A stretch of DNA of 64,000 bases from positions 22,010,001-22,074,000 of the forward strand of contig NC_045706.1 in NCBI RefSeq assembly GCF_009834535.1, read 5' to 3'. Both the position numbers and the translations under genes were made by a program. The stretch's first letter is position 1; each line of letters opens with the position of its first letter. Source of the stretch: Camelus ferus (taxonomy: Eukaryota). The notes under the pieces were generated by a model. That model saw only the letters and a program-made list of their open reading frames with translations, had not been told where the DNA came from and searched no databases. Of the stretch, positions 25,749 to 38,620 are shown piece after piece.

Positions 25749-26719
25749 ACCACGACTGGCACAGAAAGAGGCAGATGGATCTTTAAGCTCAGTCTCCTAT
25801 TCAAAGAACAACACCGATCAGACTGTTGTACAGCCATCAGGCTGGACATCAAGAGCGTGCAACGTCAACTCAGAAGTGTGTTGAATTTCTCTCACTTGCC
25901 CTTCCCCTTTTTCCAGCCATCACTCCTCCTCCTGAAATGAAGAAATCCTATAACAGCATCTCATGCATGTACCAGCTCCGCTCACCCATCTCAGTAACTG
26001 CGTGGCCACATTGGGTGCCTGTTTGTGCTACTTGTCACTACACAAGGTTTAGCCAACACTACACTGGGGCCAAGGCAGCCAACACCCCCAGCATCTCCCT
26101 GGAGACTCACTCTGCTCCTTGCCTCCCCTTCCTGTTCTGTTCTCTTAGAAGTGTTTAAACATCAGAAAAGTACCACAAAAAGAAAAAAAAATACAAAGTG
26201 TACTTCCAATAGAAAGATTTTTCATTTAAATGCACTTTATTGTGTGATGTATTCCTTTAATTAAAGTGTGTGTCTGGGTGCATTGGTTGCTATTACAGTG
26301 CAATCCCTCATGTTTATTGAATGCAAGAGTAGCTGGGGCAATGCAGTGGAAACTCACACATTAGCTGGAGTGCAACTTAAAGCGATAGCTCCCTGATCTT
26401 CTGAGCTTTTAAGAGGTAGATAATCTTCAGGGTTAGTGGCCCAGGGTGATGAGATGCCCTCTGTCGATTTGAATAGATCTCTTCTGGAAAAAAAACGTTT
26501 GTTTCCAAAAACCTTGTTTGGCTCATCTTGTTGTCTCACTCAGACTGCATCCTTCACCACGACAAGAAACAAAGAACCAGACAGAGGAAGAGTATTTGCT
26601 AGAAAGTTTCCACCACCTTCAAAAGGGTTTCGGGAAGTGGAATTATGAACATTACTTGCTGGTGTACAAAGAACTCCTTTTAAAGGGCTTGTGAAGTGTC
26701 ATTATCTCCCATATGGACT

Positions 26720-26830
26720 TAAGGACTAAGAGGCAGAGGATGAATGAGGTACCCAAGTTGCACAGAAAACAGCAGAGATGTGTTAGGTCCATGCCTCTGA
26801 CTTCAAGTCCAGTGCTCACTCCACTACCAC
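26720..26830 (-). mobile_element. MIR fragment
   Basis: ccaagttgcacag...tctgacttcaagtccagtgctcactccactac. Confidence 0.6.
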
Positions 26831-28884
26831 AGAGCTGGTCATAAGGGCTCTGTTCTGATGCTGCCATGAGCTATGACCCACTTTGGAACAAGTCCTGGAA
26901 CCTCTCTGGGTTATGGTCTCTTCATCTGTAAACAGAGGGGATGTTTCAACATCCCCTTAATTCTTTAAGTCCAATAGTCTCTTCAATATTCTTTCACAAA
27001 CTGAGAAATAGGAAACCAAAGGAAAAGGGGTTTCATTTCATGACCATCGGGAGGGGTGGTTAGTTTTCTTCCTAACAGGGCTCTGTTCTACCATGGGAAA
27101 AAAAAAAAAAGTAAAGAAAGCTAGTATTTCCTTCAGTATCCCTCCAGGTTTTTTCTCCAACATACTGAGAAAAAAATATCATCATAAAAATATCAGATTT
27201 TTAAAAACAAATTATTAGTCAATGACTCCAGTGGATCAACTGTTTTCATTTCCTCATGATCTCTGCCAGGCCTCCCAACACACACCTATGCACCTCCATC
27301 ATCCTGATACATATCCCATTGCCATTTGCACCAGGAAGGAGATCTAGCCTGCTGTTCTTCTTCTGGGCAAATACTGGACCTCCTGAATACTTTGCCTCTC
27401 CATCTGGATTGTGAGGTTCTGGAGGGCCGAAATCCTAAGTAACACAGCGTTGGATGTGACTTGGCATTTATGGTTGACCACTGGTAGCACTAAAATCCTT
27501 AATAGACATTTATAGTATGTTCCTCTGCTTCTTGAATTTGTCCTTCCACAATTAAAGCTCTGCTTTCTTTTCCAGATACTCCTAATAAAATTATTTTCTC
27601 ATTTTTGGCTCTGGCACTCACTAGCTCTTAGTAATAGAGGCAAATCACGTACTTCTCTATGACCTGTTTTTAATTCAATTTCCTAATTAAAAAAAAATAA
27701 CAACTTGCCAGGTTATTGTGTGATTTAAAAAAAAAGCACACAGAAGCACTTAGCACAATATCTAGTATACAGTAGGTGCTCAGTAAATATATGTTAGATC
27801 TGAGAATATACAACAACATGGGTATATGTTCATAGTTCCCCTTAGAGTTCAAGGAAAAAGAGAAGGAAAAAAACTGTGCAGTCAAAACTTGATCCAATTC
27901 TACCTTCTCAAAACGACTTAGCATTGTTCTGTCAGCAACATTTAATAGGATGGACAGCATCTTCTAAAAACACGCTCGCTATAAAGTATCTTGCCACAAG
28001 CTCTTCTGACGACTCGAATGCAACAAAAACCACAATTGAGGTACCAAAGGATCGTTTAAAGTCACATCAGAGGGATAGATGCACCCAGAATGGTGTTAAC
28101 AGCCTTCAAATTCAGCCAGGTTTAAACATATTTCCTTGATCAGGACTGTTTGATGGGAAGAAGGAAATCCCATCCTGGGCAATTTCTACTAGACACCAGA
28201 GGAACACAGACCTTTGTCCAAAAACTGATTACTGAGTATTTACTATGTGCTCGGTGCTAGAGATTCACAAAAGAAAAGACCAGGTGCCTTCTCCACTGTA
28301 CTCCCATCTGTGCAAAAGCAGGGTGGTTATAATATGAAGTGGTAGATGCTAATATCGAGATGTGGTCTGTGCAAAAACTGAATGAACAGAATGGAACCTG
28401 AGACTGCCTGGTAGAGATCAAAAAGGCTTCTCAGAGGTACTTATGCTGAATGAGAATTTGCTAAACAGAAACCAAACTATGTAACCAATATTATGCTTTG
28501 CAAGCGATTTTTCCATTCTTTCTTCCCCATTTCTCTCCAGCTACACAATTTCTTTTTCTCATCTTTTTAGGCCAACCTTAAGTCTCTCCTTCTCTGGGTC
28601 ACGGGCAGTCATCCCAGCCCAGAGAGACTTCTTCCCTGGAAGAGGATCTCCACACTTCCGGACTTCCAGCTGTTACCCTGATTTCAAATGTACGTCCTTC
28701 TGCCCTCTGAGTTCTTTGAGTGCAAGGCCCCTGCCTGGGGTTACTCACCATTTTATGTCCAGCACAAAGAACCCTGCCTGGTACCTAGTAAGTACTTCTA
28801 TAAATAGACAACCAATGAACAATCCTTCCAACAATTGCTCATATCATGAACACATCTTGTGCCTTGAATTTTCTGGCTCAGGAG

Positions 28885-29175
28885 ATTCGGTCTGCAATCA
28901 TGACACTGAGAGTCCAGCAGGTGGTTTTGAATCCAGCTTCTGCCACTTCACTCACAAATTGGAGCCCAAATGCTCACTTCGGGAAAGTTACTTCTACTCT
29001 CCAGGCCTCCATTTCTTCATGTGTTTCTTTCTTTCTTTGGAGGCCTTGCAGGCATAGGTGTAGCAATGATACTTTTCTAACAGCGTTATAAAAATTAAAT
29101 GAGATTCCCAATGCCAGATTTTGAGCCAGTGTCTGGAACACAACTATTAATACTACAGGCGTTGCCTGGTATTGT
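28885..29175 (+). mobile_element. MIR
   Basis: ttttgaatccagcttctgccactt...gaaagttactt...aaaattaaatgagat. Confidence 0.65.
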
Positions 29176-29454
29176 TAATTACTGCTGTGTGTGTGTGTTT
29201 CACCTCAAATAGACTACAAAGACCCTTGAGAATAGAAATTATTTCTCAGTATGTCTTGTACCACCCAACCCAAGCCTGCACAGATTCTTATAAATATCAA
29301 TTAACCAACTGGTTACAGAGCCCAACCGCTAGTTAGGACTTCAGGATGAATGGGAACCACCAGTGCTAGACTGGAGTAACTTCCCTTTCTTCCTTGGGGG
29401 GTGAGCTTTCAAGGATGAGTCCTCACTAGAGTGAGGGTCTTGTGCTAGGATTTT

Positions 29455-31190
29455 CTCATGCTCAGTCATTCAGTAGGTCAACAGGTAAGTTCTAAGGCAC
29501 CTGCCAGGCCTTGTTCGAGGTACTGAAGATGCAGCCTGGGATCAAAGAGACCAAATCCCTGCCTTCCTAGAGCTTCAGTTCTAGTGGGGGTGATGGACAG
29601 ACTACCCAAGAATGAACATGCTGGATGGTGGCACCTTGTGACAACGAAAACATGGAGCAGGATAAACGGTGTTGGAATGGGTCAGAAAGAAGGGTGGTGG
29701 GGGAAGACATTTTTTAAAAGATGGGATTTGGGCAGAAACTTGAAGGCAGTGAGACCCCAAGCCAAGTTAACACCTTGCATTCCAAACAGAGCGTGAGGGC
29801 AGAGGACTAAGACAGGGCTGTGCTTGGCAACGGGAAGCCTGGGCGGCGGGGGCTCCTTGTGCGTGCGCATGTTGGGCAGCGGCGGGAGGTGAGCCCAGAG
29901 CAGGAAGAGGATGGGCAGACCCAGAAAGAGTGCATTTGACTTTGTGAGCCATGGAAGATACTTAGGGCTTTATTCTGAATGAGATGGGACCTATTGGAGA
30001 TTTTTTTTAATGTATTCTTTGTTGAAGCAACGTTGGCTTATAACATTATATGTGTTTCATGTGTACAACGTTATTATCTCTACTTGTTAGTTTCCATCCA
30101 TCACATTACAGTTTGATTCTCTTTACCCATTTCTGCTCCCCACCCACCCACCTCTACCCTTTCACCTCTGGTAACTACTATTCTATTTCCTGTATCTACA
30201 CATTTACTTTTGTTTGGTTGGGTGTGTTCATTTATTTTGTTGGTTGGTTTGTTTATATTCCATATATGAGTGAAATCATATGGTATTTGTCTTTCTCCCT
30301 CTGACTTACTTCACTTAGCATAATACCTTCAAGGTCCTTCCATGTTGTCATGAATGGCAAGACTTCACCTTTTTATAGCTAAGGAGTATTCCATATTGAT
30401 ATGTATACCACATCTTCTTTCTCCATTCATCCATTGATGGGCACTTAGGTTGTTTTCATACCTTGATTATTGTAAATAATGATGTGATGAACACAGGGGT
30501 GTAGATATCTTTTTGAATTAGTGTTTTCATAGTCTTTGGAGATTTTTAATGGGGGATGGCATAACACATTTTAGTAGATCATTTTAGCTGCTTTATGGAG
30601 AGTCTATGGTAGGTGGACAAGAGAGGAAGAGGTTGTTACAATAATCCAGGTGAGGGAGAGATGACGGCAGCACAGACCAGCCTGGAGCCATGGAGGAGCG
30701 GATGAGGTGTGTTGGGATTCTACATGAGCTTTAAAAATAGAGCCAAGATGATTTGCTTAGGGGTCGATGGTAGAGTGTGAAATAGAGAGAAGAGCCAAGA
30801 CTCCCAAATATTTTCTCTGAAAAACTGGAAGAATGAAACTGTGAGAAGAGCAGATTTGTGAAGGGGAATGAAACCAGGCATTTAATCTTAGAATGAAATA
30901 TCTGGTATATTTATGAGATATCCACATTGAGAAGCCAAGAGAGCAGTTGGAGATGAACAAGTCTGGGAGGCAGAGGAGAGATCTGGGCTAATGATCAGGA
31001 CAAATACATGGTATTTAAACCACGAGCCTGGATGAGATCATGAAGAGAATGAGTGAGGGCAGAGATGGGAAGAGGTCCAAGAATTGTGTCCAACGGCTCT
31101 TTAATATTTGGAGAGGTCAGAAAGAGGATGCAGAACCATGAAAGCCTTCTGTGAAGGAACAGCCAGTGAGGGACGAGACACACAGAGAAC
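29455..31190 (-). mobile_element. L2, interrupted by an L1
   Basis: cattcagtaggtcaacagg... resumes after the L1 with taatccaggtgagg..., gccaagactcccaaatattt, gatgagatca. Confidence 0.75.
30006..30535 (-). mobile_element. 5'-truncated L1 inserted into L2, with 12-bp TSD
   Basis: L1 3'UTR motifs (tgagtgaaatcatatggtatttgtc, ctgacttacttcacttagcataata); TSD TTGGAGATTTTT at 29994-30005 and 30536-30547, with the canonical TTTT/AA endonuclease site. Confidence 0.9.
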
Positions 31191-31599
31191 AGTGGTCCAT
31201 CTTACATCTAATTCTCCTCTTCCTCCTCTTCCTTTTCTTCCTTCTCCTGCTGAACATTTTGGACTGGCACTGCTGAATAGCTTACACCCATCTTCGAAAT
31301 CTCAGTCTTTGTACTAATTTCTCCAACAGGACTTCCCTGACTCCCAGTATAAACTTTCCCCTACTTATCACATCACATTGGTCTTCGCCTTCTTAACACT
31401 TTGGGTGTGAACCTGTGCATGTATTTCTTTACTATACATGACAAGTTATATCATCCTGTGTTTGTTTACATGTATACCACCATGAACATCCACCTTTAAC
31501 TGGACTTTGGCTACCTACATGCAAGAGCTTTATCTAATCCCATTCACCCCAGGGCGCAATTGTTGAATTAATGCAAGAATGAACACCAGGCTCTGGACT

Positions 31600-31770
31600 G
31601 GGCATCCTATGTTCATTATCTAATTTTAATTTAATAGCAATAGAATTAGACCCACTTTACAGACATGAAAACTGAGGATGAGGAAGTGGTCAAAGGCCAT
31701 GTCGCTAAGAAGCAACTACACCAGGATTAAAAAGAAAACCCAAATTGATGTAATTCAAAGCAGATACCCT
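31600..31770 (-). mobile_element. MIR
   Basis: cccactttacagacatgaaaactgagg...gtggtcaaaggccat. Confidence 0.65.
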
Positions 31771-32839
31771 TTCCATATTGTCCCTACATATTAAATATTT
31801 GATGCTGGTCTGTCTAGAAAGCATTTGATTACGGATAATTGAAGAAGCTGGGAGACTCGATAAGCTTGAACCTCACATTCCTAGTGTACTCCCCCACCCC
31901 TCCCCACTTACTTACTCATTACCTCACACTCACACTCCACAGCTGTCCACATCTGTCTAGCCAAATATTCTCCATTTGTCCTCACTCCGCAGCTGTTTTC
32001 TGCCCCTCTGGCCTGTTCTCTGCCCCATAGGGCTCACCCGTGTGGACAGCATCGGCCCACCTGGCTTCCTCACTTTACAGATGGATTCAGCCAAAACAAG
32101 TCACAGGCAGGAGTCACAGGCAGGAGTTTGTCAGGTGAGAAGATAGAGAGTTTAGGATTTGTCTTTCCACTTCCTTCCTGCCGGGGCCCCACATCTGTGG
32201 CAGGGAGGCCTCCTCATATGATTTCAGCTGTTGGGTGCTGCCCTAGACCACTTCAGCTTACTCCAGGAATTGATGGAGTGCTTGCTCCTTTTGGGCTTTG
32301 GGCTTAACAGCTTCCTGCTGCTGCTTCCTAATGCTGCTGGTCTCTCGGTGCTTTGCCGTGTGGTGCTGCTTTCCTTAACCCTGAACATCCCACTGAAACA
32401 GTCCCTTCACTCAGTTCTACTGGAATTCTAGCTCAGGCCAACCTTCTCCCCCAGGCCTGGACCCTGGCTTGTACAAGGGCAAAGCGTTTCCCTTCTGGGC
32501 GCCAGCTTGCTCTGGTCCCAGCCCCTTCTGTCTTGTGCAGAGCCCAGGCTGTCAGGCAGACCGCTGCCCTGTGCCTGCTCTGATTTTACAGCCATCCACA
32601 ATCCCATGAAAATCAATGGAACCAAAACCCAGAGAATCTTTATCACACCTGAGAAATTTCCCAAAACTGCCCTGAAATTGGCCTGGCTCTCCTGTGATAA
32701 AACTTAAAGGAGCTGGGGGAGGGGGTGAAAAGAAAGAAAGAAGAGGGTTTGACATCCAGGTGTAAATGAGTGGTAATTCAGGTCTTTTCCGTGACTGGAT
32801 GAGAAATGAAGAGCCCAGCCTGGGCCGTCTGAAGGTAAA

Positions 32840-33260
32840 GATAACACCACGTGCACCCACACTTCGGAGGGCTGCACGGTTTGCATAAACATTTTCCAAA
32901 CCCCAGTTCCCAAGTGCTCGGGAGGGAGCCCAAGGCATCAATCAGAGCCTGGTCAGGAGGAAAAGTGAGGGGAGACAGGCACCCACGTGAAGCTCCTGCC
33001 TCCACACATCCGTGCTAGGACGCTGGGTGAGCACAATTAATGACGACGCGGTGTGTACAGTTTATGCAAACATAGTAAACACCTCGCTCTGCACATTTAT
33101 CTGACATAAAGTGATTAACCAGTTGCATAAGCTAATATTTATACATGACTTGCAATTGTGCAATGCAAATGAGGCCCCATTCATCATGGGATCGGACAAT
33201 TTGGAAAAGGAAATCGCGTCCGGGGACATTCCCATCCAACACCCACGTGTTCTAGATGAT
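32840..33260. promoter_or_regulatory. Candidate intronic enhancer (motif cluster in non-repeat DNA)
   Basis: ATGCAAAT 33163-33170; TATGCAAA-type sites at 32880 and 33061; GTAAACA 33075; AATTAATGA 33035; CACGTG at 32848, 32984 and 33244; several retained CpGs. Confidence 0.4.
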
Positions 33261-33409
33261 GAAACTAAAGCAGAGAATGGGAATGGTGTGTCCAAGGCGA
33301 GGCAGAGCAAGGGGGGAACGGCCTCTGTCTCCAGTAAGTCCTTTTCCTGCCGTATTAGGCTATTTTCCACTCACAGGGGGAACAAGGTACCCACCTCCCC
33401 CAAATTCTT

Positions 33410-33651
33410 TTTTTTAATTTATTTTATTTATTTATTTTTAATTCTTATCTTCTATTGAAGTGTCATCAATTTACAATGTTAGATTCAGGTGTACAGCAAT
33501 GCAATTCAGTTTTATATATACAAAGACCTACATATATATATATTTTTTTTCAGTTTCCTTTCCATTATGGCTCATTAGAAGAAACTGAATATACTTCCCT
33601 GTGCTATACAGTAGGTCCTTGTTGTTTATCTATTTTATATATAGGAATGAG
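33410..33651 (-). mobile_element. Short L1 3' end (artiodactyl-type)
   Basis: (TTTA)n tail, caggtgtacagcaa, ccctgtgctatacagtaggtccttgttg; degenerate TSD ccccaaattctt and tcccagattctt. Confidence 0.8.
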
Positions 33652-34182
33652 TCCCAGATTCTTAAAGAGAATAAAATTAGAGTTATTCTAAGTTACTTGA
33701 AGGCCAGAATAATCATAACTAACATCTTGTCAGCTCCCACTCTATGCCAGGCAGATGCTAAGATCTCTGTGGAGTAAATCAGTGAATCTCCCAATGTCGC
33801 TGAGATTGAAGCCCTTACTAGGAATTATAATAAAGACCGCAAGCTCTGATTCCAGACCTTGGGTTCACACCCAGCTCTGTTAAAGGGCTGCCGGACTTTT
33901 TAGTTCCTATTTCTATGATAATAGCATTTATCTCACAGAGTGGTTGCAAGATTAATTAATAATCAAATAAAGCAGTTACCATGGTGCCTGAAACAGCGAG
34001 TGCCCTGTAAGATGTTCCCTATTTTGTTGTCGATTATGTTCCGTATTTTGCAGATAAGAGAAGAAAGAGACATTTTTTTTTTTTTAAATGTGCTCAAAAA
34101 CACACATAGACTCATAGCTGCTAAAGGACAGAGCCAGGTTCCATCCCAGGCCTTCGGACTCCGGAGCCAGCGTTCCCTCTCA

Positions 34183-34388
34183 CGGATGCCTCCCAACAGA
34201 ACTTTCGATAATGGTGGAAATGGTCTACAGCTGTGCTGCCCAATATGCGGGGTACCAGCTGCACGTGGCTACCGAGCACTTGCAATGTGGCTAGTGCAGT
34301 GCAGAGTGGGGTTCTGTATCTTATTTATTTATAATTCATTTAATTTATAGCCCCACGTGGCTGTTGGTTACTGTATTGGACTGCTCAC
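34183..34388. mobile_element. MER3-like hAT-Charlie MITE
   Basis: agaactttc..ggaaatggtcta..gagcacttgcaatgtggctagtg...ccacgtggct...gtattggac. Confidence 0.8.
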
Positions 34389-35649
34389 CTCTTCACGACC
34401 TTATTTGTTTTGTAGTCCTCATGCCCAGCTCCATACCTGATACACAGTAGGTGCTCTGCTCACTCTCGAGGCTATGAGCCCTTACTCCCATCTGTCTGAT
34501 GTTACTGCCTTCACGAGCCTGTCCTCAATCAAGGGTTATGCAGCTAAGAGGAACTCACCAATGTCTGAAAATGAATGAATAAACAAATAAGCTGCCACCT
34601 CACTAGGGTGCAAACCCACCCCACGTGAAGCAGGGGGGGTCTCCTGGTCTCCCCTCCTTTACCATGAAGCAGACCCCTTCCCCAGCCTGCATCCTTCTAG
34701 CTTTTGTCTGCTCTTCAGGAGAGACGAGGGGGCCAAACTCAGAGGCCATAAAGTCCTGAATCACCTGAGGATACACCTTAGTGTCTGGGAGAAGATGTGG
34801 AACATGCTGATCCCTCATTTTGATTCTGGAAGCTACTCCCCCGCCCCTCCCCGTGCCCAGGGAAATGTCAAAAACCACTTGAAACAGATCTCACTCTGGG
34901 ACCTGGAGAATTCCAATGCCTCGCTGTGGAGATCTGATCCGTCTCTGTCTGAATCCCAGTTCCGTCATTTCTAGCTCTGGAACCTTGGGCTCTAAAATCC
35001 GAGTTGCCTTATCTTTAAAGTGGAAACAACAGGGCCGTTCTCCAAAGGACCGAAAGAGACAGAGCATGAAGAGCTTGGCACAATGCCCCAAATGTTGTTT
35101 CTGTTCTAAAAGATGTTCTGCGTCTCCCTGCAAGACTAGCGTCACCACAACCACCCCCGCTAATCGGCCTGTCACTAACCCATCCTTCCTTTCAGTTTTC
35201 CCCCGTAGGGGGTTTCTACTGGCAACTTTTCAAAGAAAAAGGGTATTCAAAGGGTGAACATAAAGCTGGACCTGGTCCCATATTTTTGCATAAATTTTTC
35301 AAATGGGAAGTGCAATTTCAAGGAAAATTTCGGGTAATCACCATCACCATCAAAAAGTACTTAAGTGCCTATTAAGTGAGTGGTGCTGAGGGAAGAGAAC
35401 AGGACAGCACAGACACTGCCCTCCAGGCACACTTCAAAAACTCACTTAGACACTATCTGTTCTTTTCAGAACCCAGCCAAACCCAAAGATTTTCCTAGCC
35501 CTTACCCCTCTGACAGCATTTGATTCTTGTTGAAACCTTGAACCTCTCTCCTTCCCTATATTCCATGACAGTGTTCATTTCTGAGTTTCTTCCTGCTTCC
35601 AGGAACAGTCTTCCTTTGGCTCCTTTGCTGACTGCTGTTTATCTGTGTT

Positions 35650-35790
35650 CTGTTCTGCCAATTACTGGCTGTGTGACCTCTGAAAACTTACCTAACCATC
35701 CTGAATCTTGGTATTGTCTGTAAAATCCAACTAATGATACCTACTTTATAAGGTTGGTTTGAAGATTATGGGGAAAATTGGATGGGACCC
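35650..35790 (+). mobile_element. MIR
   Basis: ttactggctgtgtgacctctga...tctgtaaaat...acctactttataaggttggtttgaagatta. Confidence 0.7.
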
Positions 35791-35879
35791 CATCTCTTCA
35801 CAAACCTTTTGACATGATAGATAAAATAAAAGTCAAAACCTTAAATAGTTTCCAAGCGTGGAAGTAAATTTCCATGGGT

Positions 35880-36416
35880 CAAAATCAAACTGAGAACTCA
35901 GAACCAAAGTGGTAATCAGGGGCTGACTTCATCATGATCCATAGTGTTTTGTGAACTAAATGTAGGCTCTGGAAACTGAGGGGTGGATTCTAACATGTAT
36001 ACAAGGAAAAGAGAAGTCTTTATGCCCTACAAGGGAAATAGCTAGGGACTGTCCATATATAAGTTTGAAGTGTTATTGGACATGACACAGAGCCTTGAAA
36101 TAGGTAAGCCACTAACTGGGCAAACAACACATTGCCTTCTAATCAGAACCTTGGAGTAGGGTGATGTGGGAACAGCCACCCAAAAGAAAACAAAATCCCA
36201 GGCTAGCTATTGCTATGGGTCTGGAGTTTATTCACATGACCTCCATGATGTATATGCGTATTCCCACCCATACTCCTAGGTCTCAAACAGAAGCAACTGC
36301 AAAACCACCCTGGGGGATATTTTACAATCCAGGGATCCCTGAAAGAATGCAAAACAGACAACTCCACGTGAAGATGAGTTAAAACTTTAAAAACATGTAC
36401 ATAACCACCCCCCTCA

Positions 36417-36447
<31 letters not shown>

Positions 36448-37510
36448 AACCACTCTGAGGTTTGAAATCATTGCAATTAATGGATGAATTATAAAGAGGC
36501 TAGAGCATTAAAATTAGCACAATGCTTAGTATATATTTGGTACTCAACAGTTCTGATCTTCCTCTCTCTTTTCTTCTATACCCTAAACAGTGCTTCCAAA
36601 GTCCTGCCCTTGTCTCTGTGTGTAGGGCATTTATTTTTAGTTTTGCTATATTTTATTCATCCATTCATTTAACAAAGGAGCACATGACCAGGGCTGAGGT
36701 TTAAGAAGACTGCCCTTTAGGCTGCCACCATATTGATCATATACCACTACAAAAAAAAAAAAAAAAAAAAAAAAAAAGGAATACAAGAATCCAAGGCAGT
36801 AATGGAGGTCCAGGGACCAAGCAAGAAGCAGGCAGTTCTAGGGAAAGGTAATCCATCTGCCTTCCACAAGAGGGCGGCCAAGTGGTAAAAAGGTGTGAGA
36901 GAAGGAGTTAGTGGGATGGAGTTAGTGGATGGAGCCACTGACGAATCGCCAGCTCTACTTATGGACTCTAATGGCTGGATCCATGACTTGGACCCAAAGC
37001 TTAGGAGCATAAAGCACTCTTCCAAACTTTCTGTGAGAGCTAAAAAAGCCAACAGGTGGACACTGGAGCATGAACCCTCCTGCCTCCCCTTTACACAACA
37101 GGGCTGTAGGTCAGGGATTTCAGAAGTTATTTCATGGAACAGAGATGTTCATCCTGGAGCAGATGAGAGCCATAGGACAGGTACTAAAGCCATGTCACCT
37201 ATGTGAAGGGTTTTCCTATGAAGAGAGAGGGGACTTGTGAGCTTCAGGAAACAGAGTGTTTTTGAATGAGGTAGTGCAAAAAGAGAAACTATTTCCAATC
37301 AGTGGAAGATGAAAGGAAGTAGATTTTATTTTGATGTGGTAAGTCCTTAGCTAGTAGTTAGAATTATCCGAAACCAGAATTGGCTGCTTTGAGGAACTGA
37401 GCAGCCTGAAACTGGAAGCATGTAAACAGAAGCTATGTGGTTGCTGTCAGAACTAATATACAAAGGGTTTGGGTGTTAAACTAAAGACCCTTCCAGCTCA
37501 TGGATTCTAT
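35880..37510 (+). mobile_element. Fragmented L3/CR1 (pieces at about 35880-36230, 36785-36900, 37170-37510)
   Basis: gatgtgggaacagccacccaaaa..ccaggcta; gagggcggccaagtggtaaa; agtagattttattttgatg..ggaagcatgtaaacagaagct..cccttccagctc..gattctat are collinear with recalled L3. Confidence 0.6.
36421..36446. repeat. (AC)13 microsatellite
   Basis: Read directly from the sequence. Confidence 0.97.
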
Positions 37511-38449
37511 AAGAATGGATTAAGAAGATTAAAAAAAAATAAAGAGAGAAGGTTAAAAGCAGCAGTAAACACAACTACAAAAATATTTTCCAGTGAGAAT
37601 ACATAAAATGAATTCCATACCTGGAAGTATTATTAAAAACAAAAAGAATTTAATGAAATAAATGATAGTAAGTGTATTTTTAACTCTCTCCTTTCCCAGT
37701 TTCATAACACAGGGTGAGTACTTAGATACACACAGGCAATCCAAAGGAACACCACCAAGTGACACTGGCACAATTGAAATGCTAAAAATGCCATAGTTCA
37801 CGTGTTGTCATCACCTTCCTCCTCTGTGTATATTTCCATGATAAAGAGAAAGAGCTGGATAATCTGAACACTCCCGTCTTCAGCTCTGTAATTAGAAGAC
37901 ATGGGCCCTGGTGCATTGCAAATGGAGTCAGAATCCCAGCTTGTGACTTAATGAGCGAAGACAGCCCAGTCACAGACGTCCAAGAGCCGATGATTTTCTG
38001 TTGGGAAACAGTCCTCAATGATATACGGTCCTATTAGCCAACTATTACCCAGCAGGCCTCCTTTGCCTGAGACCTCAGGCCTTTCTAGCTTTGAGTCTGG
38101 GCAACTAGGCATTAAAGAGACCGAAGGCTCAAACAATCGTGGGAGGTAACTTCACCCAAGAGAAAATATCCCTTGAAGTCCTAGAGAAGTTAAAATTCAA
38201 GGTAGCAAAAGAAGAAATTTTAAAAAGCACAAAACAAGCAAACAGAAAAAACAAAACCAAACCAAACCCTGCCCTGAAGGAAAAGGAAATCTGAGTCAGC
38301 TCAGCCAATCAGAGACTAAATCATAAGAAAATCAGTGTCATGTGCTCAGCTGTGGGGCCTGAGAGGAGGCAGCGCTGGCTTATGCCGAGCAGAGATCTCA
38401 CACTGAAGTGGGACTTAGCACAGCTAAGAGTCCTTCTTAGAGCATGCCT

Positions 38450-38620
38450 ATGCCCTTACCAGCATAATTCGCATTCTACAGAAAGTGAACCCAGTTCAGA
38501 GATGCTAAGCCATCCCCTCCAGGTAACACATCTGAGAAAAGGAGAAGCACAGAATTACAAATCCAGGCCTTCTGAGCCCAAGTCCAGCTCTCTCTGGAGC
38601 CTATCACTCTGTACGTGAAG
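38450..38620 (-). mobile_element. MIR fragment
   Basis: ccagttcagagatgctaag...caggtaacacatctg...aaatccaggccttctga.cccaagtcc. Confidence 0.6.

Noticed and set aside
33111-33458. 115-aa ORF with protein-like composition
   Set aside because: GTG start, no recognisable homology, runs into an L1 tail; better explained as a chance ORF over a regulatory-looking region.
32030-35410. REST/NRSE half-sites (ggacagc at about 32044, gtggtgctga at about 35380)
   Set aside because: Only half-site matches, without correct spacing; one lies in L2-like sequence.
36751-36777. A27 run as a solo poly(A) retro-insertion
   Set aside because: No flanking TSD; treated as a simple mononucleotide run, like those at about 6938, 14245 and 20541.
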